DNA of 64,000 nt. Source: Anthoceros angustus (lineage: Eukaryota > Plantae > Anthocerotophyta). The notes under the pieces are model-generated. The model saw only the letters and a program-made list of their open reading frames with translations, did no database searches and had not been told where the DNA came from. Each line of letters starts with the position of its first letter. The stretch's first letter is position 1. Positions 51,977 to 62,184 of this stretch are shown here, piece after piece. Location of the stretch: the NCBI GenBank assembly GCA_010909165.1, contig MU008163.1, positions 248,001-312,000 on the forward strand, read 5' to 3'. The position numbers and the translations under genes were made by a program.

Positions 51977-52420
51977 GTGATGGAGAAACCCCTTTCTACC
52001 AGACGTTGGTTTTCTATGTCTCTTCTTGGTCTGCAAGTGAGAGGGTACCGTTCAGCTTGGGCGGTCTGGGGAGTGTTGACGAACTATGGGATGGGGGATC
52101 TGGTGCTTTTGGTTGTTGAGGACAAATTGTTACCCTATCCTAAGCATCAGGATGTGCTCAAACAGGGTCAACTATACGTCGTGCTTAAAAGGTTTGATCT
52201 GAACAGCGTTTTCCAGTGCTCATTCACACGTAGTGTTATTGTCACAGAAACTCCTGATATCCTCGGGCGTTATCAGGTAGACAGTGGGTGTGTGCCGGGG
52301 GATAGTGGGGGAACCCACTGTCCCCCAGGGGATAGTGGGGGAGGAATGTTCTCCTATCCCTATGGCCGTCTGCTGGGCATCAACGTAATCGGTGAGTATA
52401 TCAGTGGGTATAGTCGGTGA
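51977..52420 (+). pseudogene. Trypsin-like serine protease fragment (GDSGG); inverted copy at ~53180-53640
   Basis: DLVLL (candidate catalytic Asp) and GCVPGDSGG..GG.FS...GRLLGINV. No catalytic His region recognised; local duplications and frameshifts. Confidence 0.65.
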
Positions 52421-53665
52421 GTATATCAGTGTGTACAGTCTACGACCCGTGTTCATTCCGATGGTCGTTATTAAAGCTGTATATGGCCACGCAAGCGGTG
52501 AGTCAATTGGGTCTTTTCTACTCCAGATGCCATCTTCCTTTGGCTCTCACTTCATGCCTGACACAAACTTTGAGCACCACGGAGGAGGCTTTGTCTAGCA
52601 TGTTGTTGCAAATGGAATGGAAATCTCATTGATTCAGGCCCCTGCATCTCAACTTCAACTATTGTGAGAATACTCTTGATGCAACCTGCTTGCACGAGAC
52701 AAAGATGTTGAAGAAGATCAAGTTATCTTCCTTGGCCTCATCATTTGTTCTTTAACATCTTTGTACCGTGTAGGCACTGCAAGTTGCGTCAACCGTATTC
52801 TCACAAGAGTTGAGGTCAGGTTCAAAAGGGTTCAGGTTTAGGGAGGAGGCTAAATCAATGAAATTTCCATCCCATTTGCAGTACATGTTCGACAGAGCCT
52901 CCACCGTGGTGCTCAAAGTTTGTTTGTAACAGGCATGAAGTGAGAGTTTGTAACAGCCATGAAGTGAGAGTTTGTAACAGCCATGAAGTGAGAGTTTGTA
53001 ACAGGCTTGAAGTGAGAGTTTGTAACAGGCATGAAGTGAGAGTTTGTAACAGGCATGAAGTGAGAGTTTTTAACAGCCATGAAGTGAGAGCCAAAGCAAG
53101 GTGTCTGCACTGAAGTTAGGAAGGACCCAATTGACGCACCACTTGCGTGGTCATATACTGTCCGTAGACTATATTCAATGATATACTCAGCGGACATGTT
53201 GATGCCCAGCAGACGGCCGTGTAGATAGAGAACACTCCTCCCCCACTATCCCTTGACACACACCCGCTGGCTCCCCGTGCCTGTGGATGTCAGGAGCTTA
53301 TGTGACAATAACACCATATGTAAATGAGCGCTGGTAAACGCTGTTTAGATCGGACCCCCCGATAATGCCTGTGGATGTCAGGAGCTTATGTGACAATAAC
53401 ACCATATGTGACAATAACACCATATGTAAATGAGCGCTGGTAAACGCTGTTTAGATCGGACCTCGTGACAATAACACCATATGATTTAGATCGGACCTTG
53501 TGACAAGACCACCATATACAAATGAGCGCTGGTAAACGCTGTTCAAATTGGACCTTGCAAGCATGACGTATGGTTGCCTTGTGTTGGTAGGATAGGGTAG
53601 TAATTTGTCCTCAACAACCAAAAGCACCAAATCCCCCATCTAATAGGTCGTCAACACTCACCAAG
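52070..53665. repeat. Long imperfect inverted repeat (foldback) centred at ~52730
   Basis: Arms share GAGTGTTGACG..TGGGGGAT.TGGTGCTTTTGGTTGTTGAGGACAAATT at the outer ends and TGTGAGAATAC...ACAAAGATGTT near the centre; loop ~25 nt. Confidence 0.88.
52920..53090. repeat. 24-bp minisatellite, ~7 copies
   Basis: (AGTTTGTAACAGGCATGAAGTGAG)n; a single unit in the opposite arm at ~52545-52570. Confidence 0.9.
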
Positions 53666-55438
53666 GAGCGTACACTTTCGATATGATGTTTTGTGGTATT
53701 CTCGCTCATTTTGCGCACTCATCTTATCTTTCTTATCTTGGTCCATCCGTTTTCTAACAGAAATGCTTGCATGGGAAGAACTGCTAGCATGCATAAATAA
53801 GATCTTCTTCATGCCAATCGTTTCGAACCTAAACTTGCAATATGGCTCAAACTTGCACATGGATGGATATAAATGTATCAAATTAATTCAAAAATTACAA
53901 TTGGAACTCATTGTCGGCACATTCCTTATCTTTAAAGGTTCATGCTTTTTTGTGCAATGCTGCTTTGCTAAAGACCTAGCTTCTATTTATTCTGAAAATT
54001 CCTGAACTCAAAATTTTTAACTCAAAGAAGATAAAGAATATGACCCTTGTGTAGGGCTTAGATGTACACTTTGTTAAATCTGTAAAGTCTTCGAAATCCT
54101 TGTAAAAAAAAGCAAGATGGAGAACCCAAAGCAGAAACCAAATCCATGTCATATAACATCTTTCACAAGGCATTGCACATATGACTTTACCTATGGCATC
54201 ATGAGTGGCTATACGATGTCCCCATGGCAAGATGTGCCGGGAGGCGGGGGAGCCGCATTCACCTGGCTGTCCTAAGCAAAAAACATATATGGGTTGAAGA
54301 GGTTGATGGGGCAATGTAGAGCTATTGTGTGCAAGGACGTAACTCTAATGCCCTCCCCCGAATAAGAGCCCAGAAGGGATCTCCTTGATCTTGCTATAGA
54401 TAGAGTCTAGAAAGCTTAGCTCAGCTCAGTCCTTTGTCAAGGAATGGGGCCGGCAACCCTCTAAACTTTGTCGTTGAGGAGGGTTATGAAGGAAAGGAAG
54501 AATTACCTTGCGGTGGTAGCATATTCATAGCAACCTCAATCACTAATGTGAGTGCGCCGTGGGGATAGCTCAGTTGAAAGAGCGTCAATTTGAGGACTTG
54601 AAGGTTGCGTGCATCAATTTGAGGATCTAAAAGTTGCGTGATTTGAAGGTTGCGTGTTTGAGCCACATTAGTCACCGTATGGAATATTGTCATTCGTAGA
54701 CTCATCCCAATTTTCTTTTATTTAAAAAAATATTAATAGGATAGGTATAGGATTTTGGGTTGCTTAGGATTTAGGTATGGCCCATGAGGATACAGGATTT
54801 TGGGTTGACTAGGATTCAGGAATGGCCCATTCCTCATGTATACCTACCATACAAATATTTATCTCATCAACACTACACTTCTTAAAAATGATTTCAATTA
54901 TGACTTGATTTAAATGAAGATTATTTTATTTATATTAAAGATTTATTTAAGTGTCAGTGTCATAATGATAATTTATAGTCTAACTTTGCCGTGAAGTAGA
55001 GCTTCCAAGACCCCTAGCGGCTATATACTCTTGCGCTTTTGTGTGAGCTCCTTTCATTACAACATTTAGCAATAAATTTGGCAACAAGCTTGGCTGCAAG
55101 AAATCAAACCACACTTAATCATCATATCATGCAATTATATTCTTCTTTAAAGAAGGTTATATACGTCCTTAAGGACAGATGATGATATAATTAAGAGTTT
55201 GATTAATTACCAGGCCCCAAAGTGATTTCTTTAGAGTTCTACTGGTATAAATAGGCCGCAACCTTGGGGGCTACATAGCTGGAGAAGCTGGTGCAAGAAT
55301 ATGGTGTACAAGGATTTGCTATGCTAATGGGCTCAACCGACCTTCGCACAACATCACAAGCTGGCTGTGCATCACTATCCACAAACCCCTATATCTATAG
55401 GATGATTTGAACTCTAGAAGCAACAGGCCGGATATTGG

Positions 55439-57276
55439 TTACTGTACCTTTAGTGATGACACTGGCTGGAGCGTGTCACCTTTGGGATTTGTTGCACATG
55501 AAATCCTGTGTTGTCGACTTACAACACTGGAATCACCGTCAGAGTCCACACCTGATCTGCGTTTTGATGTATCCCTTTGATCTACAGGTCCCCCACATGT
55601 GCCGTCTTGATGCTTGTCTCTTGTCTCGAATACATCTAGAGGCAACGAATCCCGAAGCATGGCTTGCGCTTCAGCAATCACTGCAGGACTGTCATCTGCA
55701 GCATACAGGATCCTCTGAACGGCTACGACAACCTGTGACAAACAGACCAACAAATTTTCACAGAAAATAAAGCATTATGGTTGGAAGCCTGTTATGCAAC
55801 CGTGACAAACGATATCAGAAATAAACTGATGTGATTCCCTACCGGCAAATGATCCAATTCTGGTGTTTGGCAGAGCATCTCGATGTCTCTAAGCTTGGCA
55901 AAATAGAAGTCCCTCTCCTTTTCTGCATTCTCCAAAGATAATTTCAACTCCGTAACCTGATACAATCTCCATCAATTTCAGTTACTGAGATCGAATTCCA
56001 ATATCCTGCACTTTAACTCTGCATCCGCATCTCATCCCAGGAGCCTTGCTTGCAAGGAGTCTAGTTGCTTACATGTTCATTGAGCATTTGGATCTCTGGA
56101 GAATTTGGCGTAGAGATGATCATGCTCCTAGATCTTCCTGCAATTTCACTGTCTGGATGAACATTTTCATACTTCTTAGGCAGACCAGCCAGTATTATAC
56201 TTGTTCCAGAAGAGCTCACCAGATCCATTGGAATGAGGTGTCTCAGCAGAACGAAGTGAGGAGGTTGAAGAAGACGGCCTTAAAGTTTGGCCTCCAAACT
56301 TGTGAGGTGTCTGTGACGATGCAGATATATGAGGAGGAGATAATGACGGCGTGAAACCATGGCCTGCATAATATGGTGCTACTTTCCTATTCAGCTCCTT
56401 GCCACCTTTGCATGTTTCTCGCCGTTCCATAGGGTTGTAACTGGAGCCACATCACAAGAGCACTGCACATGTCACTGAAAACATCTGTAATCCCACCACA
56501 ATATGCACAGCATGTTACAGTGAACATCGACCGCCAAGTGTTGGTGCTCGAGGTCATCCGTCCCAAGAACGTGAAATCAAGAGCGTGCAATGAGAAAGCA
56601 CCGCCTCACCTCGGGCTGAAGATACCGCCATTTACGGAATCGCAATACCGCTTCAGCCATTGCAAAAACTCAAGATTGTCCAGAGGCCTCCCCTTAATTA
56701 ACTTATTCACTTCAATGTGCTGCCTCCAGAACAACAACAACAACACGTAAGATAGCTGCCCTTTCAGTCTGAACCAACCTCACCGCTTACTCCACACACA
56801 GTCCATACCTTAGCAACCTTGAGCTTGGTAAAGACCTCCTGAAGCACCTTATAGTTCTGTATCATCTCATACTCGCTTCTCGCTTCAAAATTCACCTGAC
56901 ACCAGTGAAGCCACCATTTCAACACACAACTTCCTCCTCAAACAGCACACAACAACGTCATCTACAAACACGAACCAACATACACCTTGTGCATCGGCAC
57001 CACTCCAGGATGCGTTGCATCCATCAGCTGGCAATGTACTGCCCCCGGGTGCGCCTGCAAGAATCCAAAACCTCGCTCAAAACACCACTCACGTTTGCAG
57101 TTAGGTCAGATTAGCAAGCACCTGCAACAATTCCCAAATGCCAAACTCAGCGCTAGTGGAACCAATCTCAGCAAGGCCAGAAGTACTACCTCTTCCACCT
57201 TCGTGAGGCAAAGCCATAGCGTGGAATTCACCCAGGCCAAAATCTCGTTCCTGCCAACAAAATAAGCCCCGTCCAT
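55439..57276 (-). CDS. EB1: Microtubule end-binding protein EB1 (RP/EB family), 8 exons, intact
   Basis: [17 protein letters not shown] / [18 protein letters not shown] / [19 protein letters not shown] / [21 protein letters not shown] / YNP.ERR / linker / [18 protein letters not shown] / [10 protein letters not shown]. All introns GT-AG with consistent phases. Confidence 0.95.
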
Positions 57277-58556
57277 TCTGCCCGCTCCTTCCACTCCTAA
57301 CCAGCACCAAATCCTTCCACCCCTCAATCCTCCCTGCTCCGCAACGTGATCTCACATCCCAGGCCGCAACCAGGCCCCGAAATCCCAGCAGGGGAACAAG
57401 GCCGCCGGATCCACGCGGGACAGCAAGACCACATCCATGCACCCTGCCCGAGGCCCAAGAAGTTTGGCCAGCAGAACAGGCACAGATCTGGCGATTGCGG
57501 CCGGTGGGTCAGGCCAACTGCGTGAGCCCGGCAGGAAAGCGAGGGGAATGATGGGCACAGTGTGGAGTCGAGCGTGGTGATGGCGAGGCGCTGAGATTAA
57601 ATCGGCAAAGGCCTGTCCTTCCTGGATTCAGGAAGCACAGCATGTGAGGAGAACATGGCGGCCATTTGTACTTTTCACCTCGCGGCCTGCAGCGGCCTGT
57701 AATTCGCGGGCTAATCAGGGCGGGCGACCCCACCACGACCTTCACGACCTACACCAAATCCTGTTTACGCAGCCAGGCTGGCCTCTTGATCAGGCCTCCC
57801 CGGCACCCATCATGTACAATGTTGCACACTCCGGGCGGATGGAGCGTCAGCATCTTGACAGGCCCTGGCTGTCGGAAGCCCCGCGAATTCACCATCCAAC
57901 AACCATGAACGCCGCGCTTCAAATCGTCTCCATCCGCGATTCACGAATTCTCCTCCTCACCCACTTCTTCCCCACTGTGAAGTGCACTGCACTGGACATA
58001 GCGCGCCCTCCTACTGCTTAACTTACCCAACTCCCATCGTCCCCCTTCTTGGACGATAACACCGCTATGCTTTCATGCTCCTGAGTTACGCTGGGACTAC
58101 CTAGAGGTTAACTGTGGTTGCACCACCTATGTATTCCACTTTGCGCAATATGCTATAGGTAGTAATGTATTTTGTAACTCAATTTTTTAAAATAAAATAT
58201 GAAACATATTATATTAAAATATAGATTTTACATAGAAATGTTACATAGAGCCCCATTGTTAGAAAAACCCACAGCTACTCATAAGCTATCCGTATGGTAG
58301 CTCACTTATCACTGGGCATTACGCATTATAGCTTTACACAGAGCAACTTTTATAGTCTAGTCCTTAGTCTATTCGTTTAACTTACTTTACCTTTGGCCTT
58401 TGGCCTTCTTCCTCTTAACTTTCTAGTGATAGTGTAGTTGGAATCTTATGGGTTTCTATTGTCACTCATTTCTGGTAGTATTTAACATGATGGTTCGATG
58501 TAGACCTACCACACCATCTCATAGCCTACGGAGATATATTAATCTTTGAGATAGAC

Positions 58557-59663
58557 ATTGGTAAAAAACACGCGAGAGCTTGGAAAGGCCCTAGGAAGAC
58601 ACAAGAGAAGGCAATTGAGACCATCAAACAACTAGAACTTGAGGCTGCCACCTGGCGCCGTGCTTTGATTGTAGAAGGTCATCCGCAAATGACGACATTG
58701 TCAAAAGGTAATTTGCCCCTCAACAATCCACTACAAGCCAACCAGACTTGCAATGTACATGTCAGGCAAGCTGCAAAGCAACACAAAGCCGACTCAAATC
58801 ACTAATTGGTTTTTATGCTCACCGGTCTTTTATCACCAGCATCTGCAGATCTGGCCAAAGCCTTGGAATGCCTCATTGCTAGTGTTAAAAGTGAACTTGA
58901 AGACTTACAAGGCCGGCTCAATAACATGAATGATATGATAGAGGAGAGACGTAAAGAGATGGATACCATCAATGGGAGGCTGGATGCCCTGGAGGAGAAT
59001 GTGCACCAACAAGCCACTGATAGCAAAGCTCAAATTCTAGAGATCCGAAAGCAAATGGAGGCAGAGGTTAGCAAAAAGCGAGAGGCAACAACATCGAATT
59101 CCAAAAGAAAGCTTACAAACCCAAACGAGTCAGCGGCAAAGACCGTGAAGATGGAGAAGTTAAGGGAAGAAGCCTCTCCACGGGAGATTGATAGAATGAA
59201 TGGTATTATTGAAGAAATTAAGGCAGGGCAGTTCGTGGCCGTTTTGTGCCAAGATATTCCTACTCGTCCATTTTGGATTGCAACAGTTGAAGAAGTGAAC
59301 TTCAAGCGTGAAGAGCCTTACTTCAAAGTTCATTGGTGGAAAACAATGAACCAAGATGGCTATACTGGAGTATATGTTGCTGATATGACTATATTAAACC
59401 AAGATTCTGAACCAAAAAGGAAGGGGAGGAAGAAAAAGCATGACGAACCTAATGACAGACCTAAGGAACTTTATTCTAAGCATCTTCAAAATCTCAGTGT
59501 GAAGAACACAATTATTTTGAACCATGGTTTCACCCTTACACACGAGTCACGGTTAAGCGATGAAGTCCAAGAGATGATAAAAGCGGAGGTGCTTAAGTAT
59601 AAGTCGCAGGTGGTTACGCGCCGAACAAAAGCTGCAAAAGAAAACTATGTTGTTAATGAGTAA
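58557..59663 (+). CDS. Unknown protein: coiled-coil plus C-terminal aromatic beta-rich domain, probably transposon-associated
   Basis: 285-aa ORF 58806-59663 plus an in-phase upstream exon (~58557-58709, DIGKKHARAWKG...TLSK). Motif GQFVAV...RPFWIATV...FKVHWW...YTG.Y...ILNHGFTLT. Confidence 0.55.
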
Positions 59664-59789
59664 CTTGGGTTTAATTTTGTAATCTAGGAAAGAAGATCTA
59701 GAGCAAGGACCACTAGGGGTTGTGGATTTTAATAGTTACTAGCTTCCTTTCATCTGATATAGTCCAATAGGTTTTTATAGTATGTTTTG

Positions 59790-60060
59790 ACAGTGGCTAA
59801 TGTTGTTGTCCCGGGCTAGTTTGGTGTAGTGGGCTAGTGTTGTTATCATGAGCTAGTATTGTTGTCATGGGTTAGTTTCGTTATCGTGGGCTACTTTTGT
59901 TGTCATGGGCCAGTATTCTTATCGCTTGCCAATTTTGTTGTTTTGGGCCAATTTGTTATAATGGGGATCGATTTTTTGCTGCCATGAGGCAATATTGCAA
60001 TCATGCGCCATTTTTGTTGTCATGCCCCAACTCTGTCATGGCTAGATTTCATGTGCCAAT
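59790..60060. repeat. Degenerate ~20-bp tandem repeats
   Basis: Recurring TTGTTGTCATGGGCTAGT-like unit, about a dozen copies. Confidence 0.7.
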
Positions 60061-62184
60061 TTTATGAAGTTTGTCTTTGATAATTGATTTCATAATTATG
60101 ACAAGGTCATACTAGCATGAACCCCTAGTAATTTTGGCCATCAGAACAATATCCTACATCCGCAAGGATTGATCGTACAGGACCATGACTGTGTGATCCT
60201 TACGTAATAGCCGTACTGATGACAAGTTAGAGTGGTGACATACTAGCATCCTTGCTGCCATGAATGCTCCATGAGCTATAGATATGTGTTTCGAGTTTAG
60301 GGGTCAACTTGTCTGCGCCCTTGCTTGCAATACTGAACCAGGTGCCAGCGCCTTCTCTAGATATCCTAATATCATATGCCGGGCTAATATCATAATATTT
60401 TTCTATGTGAAGTTTTGTGACAGATCAAGGCTTGTAAAGCAAGTCGCCTGTGCAAACTATCTCAAGAAAGTAGGCAAGCTGTCATATGTCAGACAATTCT
60501 TTGCAATGCCTTCAGTCCACGCATGAGCATTACTTTTGACTTTTATTTAAAAATAATTTGAAAGCAATTTGCCCAGCTATGTCGAAGGATGTCGAATTTG
60601 GATACAACCAAAATAAATAACCTAAAAATATCATCTCTTTATTGTTACACCTTGTTCAAAAGCATATGGTGGGCATAGATCTTTATTTTGTGCAACAATA
60701 CCTCGCATGAGGGACTTCACTTCCTTTGGTTTTAAAGTCATTTAACCCCAAATGGACCAACTATATTTTTGGAAATAAACAGATTTTATGTTTTTTCTTT
60801 TTATGAGTAAATTAGGTATTGAAAATTAATGTAAAAAATATAGATATATAACCCTTTTTTTCTCTCAATTTTCGAAGATCAGTATTGTCTGGACATGTCA
60901 ATTGGCATACACAATTGGCAATCTTGCCGCTAAAATAATTTTCAATAAACCATTGGCATCAACATATGGCAAGCATAAACTAAAATGTAGCAGGAATATC
61001 CTAAAGCATATTAGCTAGTAATGTTTATACACTTAGTCATCTCTAAATATAACTACTTAATGTAAATTAGTACTCAATTAATATAAGCACTTGATATTAG
61101 TTAATACTAGTTACAAAAGTTATACAAGGTCATCCATAAGTTGTACACCAATCATTAGCCTAGGCTCATGAGACCAAGTCTGGTTAGCTAGCTTCCGTAA
61201 CTTGTGTTTCCCTTTTTAGAGGTCGGACGCCTCTAAACCATGTCTTCCATTCCCTTTTTAGAGGTCGGTCACCTCTAAACGATGTCTTTCACCCACGGTA
61301 TTTAGAGCCTATAAAGTCACAAGCAACAATACAACTATAATTTGACACACATTTCCCTCACAAATCTTTGAAGTTAATAAATCAGGTTAACTGAGCTACA
61401 TATGGGTCAGACCTGCCTATCTCTCACAATCCCCTTACCGCTCCAACACACAATTCACAATCCATACAACGCGACAATTCTACATCTCCACAACATCACA
61501 CAATGTTCATACTTATCATGCCACAACACACAACCTCCATGCCCTTCTTCGGTGCGCCTAAAACCTCGACTCAATCAATCTCAATTCACAAAGCTTAATA
61601 TGTTCTTTTTAGTGATTAAAATTTTAATTTATGAAACGTTCCAAAACGGCCCAGCAAATAAGCACAAGTTCACAGGACTTCAGAAAAAACATGGCTACCT
61701 CCCCCACACCGCCTACATATGGGGCGGGTTACTTGGTCTCTGCACTTGGTCCTCAACCTGGGGACTGATGCACCAGCAAACCAAGACTGCTTCTCTTGTG
61801 GTTGAAGGATGGTCACTCCACTTCGTCCTCGATGTGGCACTTGATGCCAAAGTTAACCTTGAGTTCTCCATCAAAACCGACACGGGAATCCTACCTTCAC
61901 ATCCACAATTCATGCTTGGCTCCTAGGACTCTCAATGATGCATTCACAACAAGTCTTGCATGATATGCGTATTTCAGCCAATTCCTTCGAACATAAACAC
62001 GCTGTGGGCTTCGACCTCGTTGCTAGGATTTGAGGCAATTCTCCTGGCATAACCACCTGCAAGGCTTCCACAACGTTGATTGGGTTCCAGCCAGTTTTGA
62101 TTGGCTCTGAGACTAGTGGGTGTCTTGGTTTCACGCGGGCATCGGTGTAGGAAAGAATAGTACCTGCACTGTACAAATACTGCG

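Noticed and set aside
52920-53090. CRISPR-like array (also considered for 42370-42510 and 59790-60060)
   Set aside because: The repeats are contiguous with no unique spacers, the context is eukaryotic and there are no cas genes; these are minisatellites.
53976-54314. RING-like or Cys-containing ORF
   Set aside because: The metal-ligand pattern is incomplete and there is no supporting gene structure.
61850-62110. hAT dimerisation-domain remnant (HIHNSCLAPRTLNDA)
   Set aside because: The similarity is too weak and interrupted by several stops.
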